Shown in pieces: positions 19,243-29,600 of a stretch of 64,000 nucleotides of DNA. Positions within the stretch are counted from its first letter, which is position 1, and every line of letters starts with the position of its first letter. This DNA is from Vulcanimicrobiota bacterium (GTDB taxonomy: Bacteria; Vulcanimicrobiota; Xenobia; Xenobiales; JADMJV01). Both the position numbers and the translations under genes were made by a program. Under the pieces are notes generated by a model. That model was not told where the DNA came from. It did not search any database and saw only the letters and a program-made list of their open reading frames with translations. Location: positions 3,283,557 through 3,347,556 of the forward strand of contig JBFWNU010000001.1 of NCBI GenBank assembly GCA_050250895.1, written 5' to 3'.

Positions 19243-19917
19243 ATGGACGTGCGTATCCTCTGGTGGGTCATTCTGGGCGGAAGCCTTCTGTTTACCATGT
19301 GGCGCTCTCGAGGTCGCACCGGCTCGACCGCCCTCTATCTCGATGCCGACGGCAAACTGCAGCCAGACAAGGCGCTGATCCTGGTGGTCATGAGCAAGAC
19401 CAAAAGCGGGCCCGCCGCGGACGAGGTCGAGCGGTTGCTTTTGGAGGCGCGCGCACTTCAACCTGACCACCCCGACCTGGCCATGGCCTGGGCCCAACTC
19501 CATCCCGAGCAGGCCGTTGAAACCGTCTCTTCGGCCATCGAGAAGCACCCCGATCATGTCGACCTCAGACTCAACCGCGTCGGCCACCTCGACAGCCGCA
19601 CGCAATACGACGAAATCATGGCCGACATCGGGCACATCCTGCAGTTGGGGGACGAGAAGTCAGCCGCCCGAGCTTCGCTGCGACTGGCTCAGGTGCACGC
19701 CGACCGACAAGAGAACGGCCAGGCCGAGGCTCTGCTGGATTCTCTGACGATCGACCAGTGGGCCAAGGTTCTCGAGGAAGAGGGCCTGCTGGCGGTGGGC
19801 AGTCTCTATAAGAGCCTGCGCCGGGACGAGCAGGTCAAAGAGGTGCTGGCCCGAATGCGCAAGTCCTCCAACCAGACCTACCGCATGTTGGCCGAGTCGA
19901 TGCTTTCCGATGGCTGA
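19243..19917 (+). CDS. Membrane-anchored TPR-like protein
   Basis: N-terminal TM helix followed by TPR-like helical repeats. Confidence 0.6.
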   Translation: MDVRILWWVILGGSLLFTMWRSRGRTGSTALYLDADGKLQPDKALILVVMSKTKSGPAADEVERLLLEARALQPDHPDLAMAWAQLHPEQAVETVSSAIEKHPDHVDLRLNRVGHLDSRTQYDEIMADIGHILQLGDEKSAARASLRLAQVHADRQENGQAEALLDSLTIDQWAKVLEEEGLLAVGSLYKSLRRDEQVKEVLARMRKSSNQTYRMLAESMLSDG

Positions 19918-20149
19918 CCTCGCTGAGCTGATTCTCGAACTCGTCCGGGCCCGCGGCTCCGAGAAATCCATCTGCCCCTCCGAGGTGGCTCGGGCCGCTA
20001 ACCCAGACCACTGGCGTCAGTTCATGGAGCCTGTCCGCCAGGCCGCCCGCGAACTCTGCCATCAGGGGCTCATCGAGATCTGTCAGGGCGGTGAACCGGT
20101 AGATCCCGACCACTTCCGCGGGCCGGTTCGCCTGCGCGTTCGCAGCTGA
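19910..20149 (+). CDS. DUF3253-family protein
   Basis: KSICPSEVARA...WR..M..VR.AA...I.Q.G..VDP...RGP.RLR. Confidence 0.85.
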   Translation: MADLAELILELVRARGSEKSICPSEVARAANPDHWRQFMEPVRQAARELCHQGLIEICQGGEPVDPDHFRGPVRLRVRS

Positions 20150-20267
20150 TCGGTCCACCGTAGTTCAAAACGCCGCCGGCCGCCAGGTGGTGCCGTACGT
20201 GGTAGCGCCGTGCTCGGGCGAGGTTGCTCTTCCTTCCGTGCTTGAGAGTGGTCTCCATCATCGCCCT

Positions 20268-20606
20268 CTAGTCGCCTGCGCATCCGCAGCCGCCCTGCAG
20301 GCTCCTGACGTAACGGGCCAGAGCCCACAACTCGTCCTGGCTGAGGGTCTCGGCAAAAGACGGCATTCCCGAAGTCGGAAAGCCGGTGTGCAACGTTCGG
20401 ACAATGGCTCCCGGACCGCACCCATTCTTATAGGGCCGGCGGGTCAAATCGCGAGGCGCCACAGCCAAAGCTCCAGCCGCCGGTCCGTCGCCCCGGCCGG
20501 CTTCGCCGTGACACATTTGGCAGTGCGTCTCGAAGAGTTGACGACCCAGTTCGGGTTGAGCGCTGGCCGGCAGCGCCAGTAACAAGACAATCATGAAATA
20601 TCTCAT
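20268..20606 (-). CDS. Monoheme cytochrome c
   Basis: Signal peptide, CQMCHG, GDGP, MPSF. Confidence 0.88.
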   Translation of the reverse strand: MRYFMIVLLLALPASAQPELGRQLFETHCQMCHGEAGRGDGPAAGALAVAPRDLTRRPYKNGCGPGAIVRTLHTGFPTSGMPSFAETLSQDELWALARYVRSLQGGCGCAGD

Positions 20607-20655
20607 ATCTGATTATATTGATAAATGATTTGTCGGCTCCGCGAAATGACGGGGA

Positions 20656-20958
20656 TCAGCTTTGGACCGGGTCCACCTCGAGCAGAAGTTGCAGGCTGAA
20701 CCGGCCGCAGGGGGATAGCTCGACCCGGTCGTGCTCGGGGGCGGGTTGGGCAGTGGCAAACGCCTCTCGCAGGCGCTGGCGGCTCGCTTTGTAGAAGGCT
20801 GAGTCGGCGAGGTTCACGACTCTATCTTCCGTGCGCAAGTGGCTACCACCCGCTTGCCGGTGGGTCAGGGTTTGAGCAGGTCGGCAGGGTTCGGTCTGGG
20901 AGTTGGCGGCTGGGCGCGGTGCGGGATGGATGCGAATTTGGCTGAACTTCTCGCTCAT
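20656..20958 (-). CDS. Small hypothetical protein with DRVxLS motifs
   Basis: AGGAGG RBS before ATG 20958. Confidence 0.55.
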   Translation of the reverse strand: MSEKFSQIRIHPAPRPAANSQTEPCRPAQTLTHRQAGGSHLRTEDRVVNLADSAFYKASRQRLREAFATAQPAPEHDRVELSPCGRFSLQLLLEVDPVQS

Positions 20959-21043
20959 TAGGTCCTCCTGTTGGTTGCCCAATTCTTGCCCACCAGACTT
21001 GGAGTCTTGGTTGGAAAAGGTTGGTGACGATGTGGCACTTTGG

Positions 21044-21970
21044 TTAGAGGCCGGCCTGACCAGCTACTCGGGCCGGGTCGGGCGGGTCGGCCAACAGGTC
21101 CTGGATGGTGTGACCGTGCTCGAGCAAGTAGGCCACCATCACTCCATAACGCAGGTAGTCTTCGGCCATGGTGGCCTTCACGCGGGGGTCGCGCTGGTGA
21201 TAGGCAGCCAGGGCCTGGGCGTGAGTGTAGTTGGGTCCGAGGGCGACGCAATCGGGATAGCCCTCGCGCAGCCAGACTGGGGTGGGCGAGGTGCGCTCGG
21301 CCACGGCCATGCCGACCAGGGTGTGAGTGAACTCGTGGGTGAGGTAGTAGGTGAGGGTGCGTGGGCTGGCGATGGGGTTGCCGGCCGGGGAGAGGAGGGC
21401 GTCGTCGGGGATGCGAGCGGGGCCGAGGAAGACGTGATTTGCCGTGGGGAAGTAGTTGAGACCGGCCAGTTTCCCGGCTCCGTTGAGGTAGTATTCCTCC
21501 CGCCAGCGCTCGTTACAGACGAAGGCCGAGTGGGTGTCTTCGGGGTGATAGAGAGGTGAGGCCGCCAGACGGCGCTTGACTTCGGCCAGGATGGCAGCGC
21601 CCCGCTCGGGAGGGAAGGGCTCGTCGCTGTAAAGGTGGAGCTTGCCAAAGTCTACGTGGTAGGGGAAGAGGACCGGAGCTTGGCGGACGAGGTCGGGGCG
21701 AGAGTACTCCGAGAGGATCTGCTGTGGTTGCCCGGCTTTGACCAAGGCCTGGTAACGTTCGGACAACGCCGGGGGACGGCTGCAGGCAACCAGGAAGAGC
21801 AACAGGAGGTAGCCCCTCCGGACTGGACCTCGGCCAAAAAGCTGCCGACTTTGATGCCGGTTCGACCTCGACGCGCCGCACTCCCGAGGGGTATCTCCGA
21901 GCCCGAGCTGGTGCGCGGCTTGGAAGGGGCGCCTGGCCGAGACCGGGGTTGGGTTGGCTCCCACACGCAT
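21044..21970 (-). CDS. Hypothetical metallopeptidase-like protein
   Basis: THEFTH (HExxH) plus P.WLREGY; internal lipobox-like LVAC; start uncertain. Confidence 0.6.
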   Translation of the reverse strand: MRVGANPTPVSARRPFQAAHQLGLGDTPRECGASRSNRHQSRQLFGRGPVRRGYLLLLFLVACSRPPALSERYQALVKAGQPQQILSEYSRPDLVRQAPVLFPYHVDFGKLHLYSDEPFPPERGAAILAEVKRRLAASPLYHPEDTHSAFVCNERWREEYYLNGAGKLAGLNYFPTANHVFLGPARIPDDALLSPAGNPIASPRTLTYYLTHEFTHTLVGMAVAERTSPTPVWLREGYPDCVALGPNYTHAQALAAYHQRDPRVKATMAEDYLRYGVMVAYLLEHGHTIQDLLADPPDPARVAGQAGL

Positions 21971-22118
21971 ACCTCACCCTAGCCGCCTGCCTTAAAAAAG
22001 GGCTGAAACGAGGCGCCGGTTAGACGGATGTACCGCTGGCTCCACCCCACGTCCTGGGCCTACTAGTGAAAGGTTGAGCGCGAACTGACGCGAAGGTGGT
22101 GGCGGAGGTGAAGTTCAA

Positions 22119-22334
22119 ATGCTAGACCGTGACGTAGAGAAGGTTCTCGACCGAGAACAGTTTATCCAGACCCTGCGACGCATCGCCGACAGTCTCGAGC
22201 GGGGAGAGAGCTTTCGCATCCAGGTGCTCAACGAACGACTGACGGTTCCGGCCGATGCCGAGGTCTCGATCGAGCACGAGCGAGAAGGCGACACCCAGGA
22301 ACTAGAGCTGCAATTTCGCTGGGCGCTCGACTAG
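22119..22334 (+). CDS. Amphi-Trp domain protein
   Basis: LRRIADSLE.GE.F.IQV....VP......IEHE....ELE.Q.RW; GGAGGT RBS. Confidence 0.85.
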   Translation: MLDRDVEKVLDREQFIQTLRRIADSLERGESFRIQVLNERLTVPADAEVSIEHEREGDTQELELQFRWALD

Positions 22335-22426
22335 CTGGTTAGCCCGCCCTCCAGGACCGGGTGGAAGGCCTTAAGCAAAGGCTGCACCCGCCGATAACCT
22401 CGTCATCTTCAACTGGGGGTGCGCCG

Positions 22427-23760
22427 ATGGGATTTGGTAGCGAGGAGCTGACGTCTGCTCAAGTGGTGGAACTGATCGATGCGTGGATTGCTGGCGACCT
22501 GGCTCGCCAGGTGGAGGGGACCGACGAGCTTTCGCGGGCTCTGGCCCGACTGGGTGACCACTTGCGCCGGAATGCGCAAGTCCATCTGGCCCGCACCGTC
22601 ACCCTCTCGGTTGACCTCAACGACACCGCCCGGACCTTCGGCCAGTTGTTCACCGACCTGCGCGGGATCCAGGACCAGACCAATCAGAGCGCCGCCGCCG
22701 CCGAGCAGATGTTGTCCGCGGCTGACCATGTCTTGCAGAGCACGGAGCTGATCGCCGGTCAGGCCGAGCACACGCGCCAACTGATGGACGAGGGATCGCG
22801 GCGGCTCACGGCCAGCACCGACCGGATCGAAGCCATCGTCGAGGCCACCAACCAGGTGCAGAGGAAGGTGGGCGACTTGCTCGATCTTTCCAAGGAGGTG
22901 CGGCGGATCTCGGCCTCCATCAGTCAGATCGCCAATCAGACCAATTTGCTTGCTCTCAATGCCACCATCGAGGCGGCCCGGGCCGGAGAGTCGGGCGAGG
23001 ATTCGCGGTAGTGGCCGGCGAGGTCAAGAACCTGGCCCAGCAAACCGACCGGGCCACCAAGGACATCGAGACTATCGTCGGACGCATTCAGAGCGAGGTG
23101 CTCGAGATCGCCTCGTCGGCGGAGTTGAGCCAGAAGGCGGTCCGCGACGGACAATCTTCGGTCAACTCGGTGGCCCAGGACATCGGGGGGGTCAAATCAA
23201 GGGTCGACGAGATCGTCACCCAGATCGCCTCGATCGCGCAGCTGTTTTCCGAACATCGCGCCGCTGGCCACCAGGTGGCCACCTCGGTGGTCGACATCAC
23301 TGTCGCCAATCAGGCCTCGCTCGAGGGCGTGCAGGCGGTGGCCCAGACCATGAATGCCCTCGAGAAGACCATTCTCGAGCAACTCGACGAACTCTCGCGC
23401 CTGGAGTTGCCGGGCAAGGTGGTGCAACTGGCCAAGTCCGATCACGTCATCTGGAAAAAGCGCCTGGCCATGATGGCGGTCGGCCAACTGCAGCTCGATC
23501 CTAAGGAACTGGCCGACCATCACTCTTGTCGTTTGGGGCGTTGGTACGACCAGCAGTGCGACCGTCGTCTCACCGGTCATCCCGCTTTTGCGGCCCTGGC
23601 CGACCCCCACCAGCGGGTGCACGCGCACGGCATTCGGGCTGCTCAGCTCATGACCGACGGTCAGGCCGAGGCCGCCGATCACGAACTGGCGTTGATGGAG
23701 AAGGCGTCAGAAGAGGTCATGCGACACCTCACCGCCCTCGAACAGACTGCGCGCGAATAG
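22427..23760 (+). pseudogene. Methyl-accepting chemotaxis protein with a C-terminal CZB domain, split by a 1-bp frameshift
   Basis: IANQTNLLALNATIEAARAGESG continues as RGFAVVAGEVKNLA in another frame at about 22995; CZB motifs DHVIWK, HHSCRLGRWY, H..VH. Confidence 0.8.
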
Positions 23761-24060
23761 TCAGGCTTCCACGCGATTGCGTCCAGACTGTTTGGCCCGG
23801 TAGAGCGCCTGGTCAGCCTTCGATATCAATAGCTCTTTGCCGAGGTCCGGGCTCCAAGAGGCAACTCCCAGGCTGATGGTGACCTGCAGGTCCCGCGTTC
23901 CTCCCCGGGGCCCGGCACCGAGAAGATGTGCGCTTCGACTTTCTCTCGCAGGCGCTCGGCCATCTCGAGCCCGCCTTCGAGCGAGATGTTTCCCAACAGC
24001 ACGATAAACTCTTCTCCTCGCACCCGGAGCGGATGATGGACACCGCCCGTCCCTATCCGA
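23761..24060 (-). pseudogene. Decayed diguanylate cyclase (GGDEF) fragment
   Basis: RVRGEEFIVLL..AERLREKVE in one frame; LQVTISLGVA..KADQALYRAKQSGRNRVEA* in another (stop 23761-23763). Confidence 0.75.
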
Positions 24061-24232
24061 GCGACCAGACAGCCGCCGGTCAAGCCATCCTCAAAGCCGT
24101 GATAGCCTCGGTGACTCGCTAGACCGCGCGCAGACGGATCTGGCGCAGCGGTAACCTGACGTTCACAGCCCACCGGTCTTTGTTAGGGGTTCTACAAAGT
24201 CGGGTCCAAAGTGGTTGCTCTATCGTGAGCCC

Positions 24233-24688
24233 ATGAGAATTCACGCCTACAAGCCCCCTACTTTGCCAGCCGCTCGTCGTCACAAACCCGTCGTCATCGA
24301 CGGCGTGACCCTGGAAGATCCCAAGAACGACACCGAACGCGTGCTGGGAGAAGGTCGCGGCGCCAGTCCTGGACGCCGGGCCATGCTCTGGGGCGGTATC
24401 GGGGCGGTCGCCGGGGCACTGCCTGGCGTGGGCGTCTTTAGCACCATGGCCGGTATGGGTATGGCCGCCCGCGGAATGGATCAGCGGGACAATCCCGATG
24501 GCATGCCTTTGATCACGCCTTTGCTGGCACTTGGCACGGCGGCCACCATGCTGGCTGGAGCGGTCGGTTTTGCGGCTGTCGGCAGTGGCCACTCGGCGGC
24601 CTGGCTCTTGCCCCAGATGGGTCTGGGCGCGATCTTCGGCGGACTGAACTTCGCCGTGGCCGGCTACCATGGCCGCAACTGGTACTAG
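24233..24688 (+). CDS. Hypothetical membrane protein
   Basis: Gly-rich TM helices; ATG 24233 lies 6 nt after TATCGT. Confidence 0.6.
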   Translation: MRIHAYKPPTLPAARRHKPVVIDGVTLEDPKNDTERVLGEGRGASPGRRAMLWGGIGAVAGALPGVGVFSTMAGMGMAARGMDQRDNPDGMPLITPLLALGTAATMLAGAVGFAAVGSGHSAAWLLPQMGLGAIFGGLNFAVAGYHGRNWY

Positions 24689-24727
24689 GTCAAGGCTTCT
24701 TTAAGACCCTTGCTTTAGGCTGGGGTC

Positions 24728-25015
24728 ATGCTAGTCACACGTTCAACCAACCCAACCCACCGTCCGGGCATCGCTCACGACCCCATCCGCAGTGCTCTTC
24801 AGCAAGTCGTTGGCCAAATGAAGCTGCCGCTTCGCTTCGACGACAAGACCATGAAGGCCGACCTCAAGGACGAATTGGGACTCGACTCTATCGACCACGT
24901 CGAACTCGTCATGAAAGCCGAGGAGAGGTTGGGAGTCAAGGTTCCGAGTTCAGACTATGAGAGGATCAATACTCTGGGTGACCTCGAGCAGGTCTTTCGC
25001 GAGCTGAAGAGTTAG
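24728..25015 (+). CDS. Acyl carrier protein with an N-terminal extension
   Basis: ELGLDSIDHVELVM.AEE..G phosphopantetheine site. Confidence 0.8.
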   Translation: MLVTRSTNPTHRPGIAHDPIRSALQQVVGQMKLPLRFDDKTMKADLKDELGLDSIDHVELVMKAEERLGVKVPSSDYERINTLGDLEQVFRELKS

Positions 25016-25446
25016 ACGCGCTCGACCATCGAGACGTGCACCGACTCGTTGCTCGAGTAGTGCCAATGGTCGACCTCGATCAGGTCGCCGTGCAGTTCGA
25101 CCCGCACGAAGTCGCGGGAACTCTGGCTGCGCGTCGCCTGGACGAAGATGGTCGGCTGCTCGGTGGCGCTCGAGGTCAGGGCGAGTTGCAGGCCGTTCTG
25201 ACTGTCGAGGCGGCAGACGCGCACATCCGGCTCGGGGCTCAGCATCGGCAGGCCCTCGAAACAGCTGACGAATTCACCTAGATTGACGGTGCCGGACAAA
25301 ACCGGGGCCACATCGAGCACTCGATCGATGGCCGAGCCATCTTCACTGACGGCGTAACGGCGCAGGTCGAGAGTGTGATCGGAGGAGGACGGCCGGTCCT
25401 CGCGGACGGCGTCGAAGTGGCGTGTGACACAGCTAGGTAGACTCAT
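25012..25446 (-). CDS. Hypothetical protein
   Basis: 144-aa ORF with an upstream promoter box. Confidence 0.55.
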   Translation of the reverse strand: MSLPSCVTRHFDAVREDRPSSSDHTLDLRRYAVSEDGSAIDRVLDVAPVLSGTVNLGEFVSCFEGLPMLSPEPDVRVCRLDSQNGLQLALTSSATEQPTIFVQATRSQSSRDFVRVELHGDLIEVDHWHYSSNESVHVSMVERV

Positions 25447-25553
25447 CTTGAGCTTAGCCTATCAGGGGGGCCTTAAAGATCTTTAGAAGTTTCTGGGTCA
25501 GACTTTGCCGGCATGTTACACGGATGTGAAGAGAATGTTGCCCGGCGCGGGGA

Positions 25554-25952
25554 CTAGATTGTCGTGACAACTCTCGAATTGATGATGCGCTGGTCCGAGG
25601 TCAACAGGGTAGCCCCCTCCAGAATAGCTGTCGAGACGATGAGGCGATCCGCCGGGTCGCGGTGAAAGCTCTCCGGGAGGCTGGCTACTTGAGCGGCAAT
25701 AGCCGGGGTCACGGGACAGCGACGCACCAGCGGCGGAGCGGTGGCGCATTCTAGCCAATCTCGAAGGGGACGCTCCAGTCGAAGCCTGCCAAGCATTGCG
25801 AGGGTCGCCACCTCCCAGAGACTGATGTTCGCGACGAGTAGGGGAGAGCGGTTGACTCGGGCCTTTCGAAGAATGACGTCTTGCGCCTTGGAGAGCCGTC
25901 CCTGGTCTTCAAACCACCAGACCAGGATATGAGTGTCCAGTAGATAGGTCAA
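25554..25952 (-). CDS. vapC: PIN-domain toxin (VapC)
   Basis: YLLDTHILVW, SLWE, HRDPADRLIV, LLTSD; TTG start overlaps the antitoxin stop. Confidence 0.88.
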   Translation of the reverse strand: MTYLLDTHILVWWFEDQGRLSKAQDVILRKARVNRSPLLVANISLWEVATLAMLGRLRLERPLRDWLECATAPPLVRRCPVTPAIAAQVASLPESFHRDPADRLIVSTAILEGATLLTSDQRIINSRVVTTI

Positions 25953-26197
25953 GGCAACTCTGCTTCCGCTTCCCATTCGCTGGGATTGAGGACCGGTGAG
26001 ACGATGTCACCCAAGATGGTGACGCTTCCGAAGAGAGCGTCCTGTGGCAAGCCATCGTCTCGCGGCGTGGCGGGGACCAACTGTGCGACCGGCTTGCCAC
26101 GCTTGAGGATGGTCAGCGGTTGGCCCGTTTTGGCGACCTCGTCGAGCAGCGCCAGGCATTTGGCTTTAAAATCGGATGCGTTGATCGAATGTTCCAT
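25949..26197 (-). CDS. Phd/YefM-family antitoxin
   Basis: INASDFKAKCLALLDEV..TG....I.KRGKPVA.LVP. Confidence 0.9.
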   Translation of the reverse strand: MEHSINASDFKAKCLALLDEVAKTGQPLTILKRGKPVAQLVPATPRDDGLPQDALFGSVTILGDIVSPVLNPSEWEAEAELP

Positions 26198-26198
26198 G

Positions 26199-26221
26199 TG
26201 ACCAGTCTAATTGACTGGTCA
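26199..26221 (-). promoter_or_regulatory. Palindromic TA operator overlapping the -10
   Basis: TGACCAGTC-N5-GACTGGTCA; contains TAGACT 6 nt before the ATG. Confidence 0.75.
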
Positions 26222-26680
26222 GCGTTTGTCGAGCAGGCTCCGGATCTCGGCCACCAGGGCGTCTACCGCCTGGCGCTGCTGCTCGGAAGTGGCCAGTTGC
26301 TGGGCCAGTTCGTCCCAGCGTTCGAGGTTGCGGGCCCGAGCCGCCTGATTCTGGCTGGCTACATGGCGACGGTGGTCTTCGGTGCGCACCAACCACTCAT
26401 ACAGGACCGCCGCTCGAGGTCGCTGGATGGGAGGTAAGTCGGGCTCGATGGGATCGCCGGGAAACTCGGCCGGCGGCTGATTCTCGAGGGCGTCGAAATA
26501 GCGCACCAGGTCGCCGAAGGCGGCCTCAGGCTCAGCCAGCGTCGGGCTTTCGAGCAGGCCACGGAGTTGCTCTTTGCCGGCCGCGGACAGATCGAGACGC
26601 AGCGCCTGATCGTAGACGAAGACCAGATTGAGCAGGTCGATGCCCTGGCGCAGGTTCTGAAAGAGTTCTTCGAGGATCAT
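26219..26680 (-). CDS. Hypothetical protein translationally coupled to the giant protein (candidate partner or immunity protein)
   Basis: ATG 26680 overlaps the TGA of the 4019-aa gene (ATGA). Confidence 0.6.
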   Translation of the reverse strand: MILEELFQNLRQGIDLLNLVFVYDQALRLDLSAAGKEQLRGLLESPTLAEPEAAFGDLVRYFDALENQPPAEFPGDPIEPDLPPIQRPRAAVLYEWLVRTEDHRRHVASQNQAARARNLERWDELAQQLATSEQQRQAVDALVAEIRSLLDKR

Positions 26681-29600
26681 TGGCCGTTGACCCAATTCAG
26701 ATAGTCTCGCACCACCGGGATCTGGTGGGTGTAGCGAGTGGCCTCGGCATAGGCGCGATCGATCTGCTCACCCTGGAAGCCGTAGGGGATTTGCTGGTTG
26801 TATTCGAGGGCCGGGGTATCCAGGCCGGCCGGATCCACCGGACTCTGGCGCAGACCGTAGTTGTTGACCGGCGCCCCGGCGTTATCGACTTGCCCCAGCC
26901 AGGCCCGGTTGGCTTTGTCGCGGAAGAACATATACTGCAGCTTCCCGTCAGCCGAGGGGAAAACCTCGGCCGAGACCTCGCCGTGGAGGGGGTGCTGGAA
27001 AGTGAAGCGGTCGCTGGCCCCGTTGGAGAAGTTGGGGGCCTGCTCGGGGTTGTAGAAACGGAACGAAGTGGGATCGTTTTTGTCGGCAAACTCGCCCAGC
27101 TTGAGGCCTTTGTCCATCTGGTTGATAAAGCCCTCGGGAGGCAGGTGTCCTCCCAGCTCGAGACCTCCATAGAAGGCTTGCTGGGAGGCCTCGGGCGAGA
27201 GGTTGAGGCGGGGTTGCTCGGCCATGCGGAAGAGTTCTTTCTGGAGCGAGGCAGGCAGGTTGGTGCTGGTTTCGCCCAGGCCTTTGCCGATCCAGCCGTT
27301 GCCGCCACCGTGGCTGGCCGAACGATACAGGCCCTGCGAGTTGCTCTGATAGAACAGGCGCTGGTGGATCTCGCCGCTCTTGGGATCCTTGACGTAGCCG
27401 ATGAAAGCCGAGCGACCGTCGCGCTCGAACGGCTTGGAGAGATACATTTCGGTATCCCCCACCTTGAGCTTGGTGGCGGGGCCCAGACCGTTCTGCTGGA
27501 GAAACTCGGGGGTGAGCGCCTGGGCGCCTCCGGGACGCATTTCGGATTGGGGAATGCGGGCCTGCTTGACCACTCGGGCGGCCTCGTCGGGCGAAACCTG
27601 CTCGACCGGCAGACTGTGAGGAGTTTCGCCCACCTTCGGAGGCGTGTCGAGCTTGGGCACCCGGTTGGGTCGCATGACCTGATCGGTGCCCATGCGGAAG
27701 CTGCCGTCGGGAGGCAACTCGGTCCACTGGTTGGCTTGCAGGCGCTTGCCGTTGACGAAGGTGCCGTTGGAGGAGCCCACATCGCGGATCATGAGATGGC
27801 CGTTCTCGACCTTGATCTCGGCGTGCTCGCGACTGACGCTGGGGGCGTCCATACCGTGGCTACGCCCGAGTTTGCGCACCGAGCCGTCGGTGGGAATGTC
27901 GAGCGACTGGCCATTGGGCCCGGTCAGCCGATAAGGGTCGCCCGCTTTGATCGGCCCGGGCTGGCTGAGCCGGCGCTGGGCTTGCAGACCTTGCAGGTTG
28001 AGTTCCTGGTTGGCCAGGCGCAGGCGAGCTTCGGGAGGCACGTTGACCCACTCGTCGGGCTTGAGACGTTGGCCGTCGAGATAGCTGCCCGAGGTCGAGT
28101 TGAGATCGCGAACCTGCAGCTGGCCGTCCTGCATGCGGAACTGGGCGTGGCGGCGGCTGACCCCCAGGTCGTCGGCTCCGAAGATCTGACCGTCTTCGCC
28201 AGGCGCGCGGCCCACGGTAATGGGCGAGCCGTCGTGGGGCACGCGCAGGTTGGGCCCGTTGGGGGTGCCGATCTCGAGCGCCTGGGCGGCGCTGGCGCCA
28301 GCCGTGCCGCCCACAGGCGTGGCGCTCAGAGCGTGGTTGGGCCCGAAGGTCAGCTTGCCCTCGCCCACGTTGACCCATTGCTCGGGATCAAGGCGCTGGC
28401 CGTCGAGATAGGTGCCCGAGGTCGACTTGAGGTCGCGCACCTGCAGTTGCCCTTCGTGCACCCGCATCTCGGCGTGGCGGCGGCTAACGCTGAGGTCCTC
28501 GCGACCGATGGTGAGCCCGCCCTCGCCCGGACTGCGGCCGATGACCCGGGCCTGGCCGTCGCCGGGAATGAAGATCTCTTCGCCCAGCTGATTGCGCACG
28601 CGATAGTCGCGGTCGCGGGGAAGGTTCAGCTGGCCGTCGGTGCTGCGGTCGATGTGGCGCATACCGTCGAGGGACACCACGTCGCGCTTGCCGTCGGGGA
28701 ACTTGGGATCGTCGGAGAATTTCCAGCCGGTGCCGGTGTGGCCGTCGACATCGTAAGACAGGTACTTGCCCGACGGAGCCTTGTAGACGGCATCCTTACC
28801 CTCGCCGATCTTCTCCAGCCCCATCTTGTCGGCCAGAGCTTGCTTCTCGGCGGCCTCGAGATTGAGGGTGACGCCACCGCTTTCGGTCACGCGCACGCCG
28901 TTGGGCTCGAAAGCCTTGCGCTTGATCAGGTCCATGACGTCCTGGTGCACGCCTTTGACATCGGCCGCGCTGGCCTTGGGGTCGACGAGCTTCTGATAGG
29001 CGGCCACGCCATCCGGGCCGTATTGGCCCACGGCTAGCAGGTTCTTGTGATCCGGCACGCCCGGGATGGAAGGCGGAGCCCCTCCGGCCGTAGAGGGATC
29101 GACCATACGCTGGAATTTGTCGAACTGGCCCAGGGTTTCGTTGCCCTGCAGCTGCTTCCAGGTGCGGAACTTCTCGGCGCCCAGCTCTTTCTGCATGCGA
29201 GCGTCGATGTCTTTGGCCGACATGCCGTCTTTGCGCCACCTGCCGAGTTCGCCGCGCAGGTTCTTGTCGAGGGTCGAGTCGGCCATCTCGCCAAAGCGCT
29301 GCTGCATCTCGCTGCGATAGGCACCAAAGTCGACATTCTCTCCACCCAGGCGGCGTCGGGCGATGGTGTCCACGGTCTGGTCGCGCAGCATGCGATTGAA
29401 ATCTTGCTCGAGGCCGGCCTGTTGGGCGGCCTGTTGCCATTTGCGCAACTGAGCGGCCGACCCCTGAGCCAGCGGATCCTGGATCTGGTCGGCAAAGGCC
29501 GTTCGCATGCGGTCGTCGAGGTTGTCGCGCACCCAGTCGTCGCCGAAGTTGCGCCGGGCGTACTCGCGAGCGGCCAGCAGTTCTTGGGGCGAGGTGCCCT

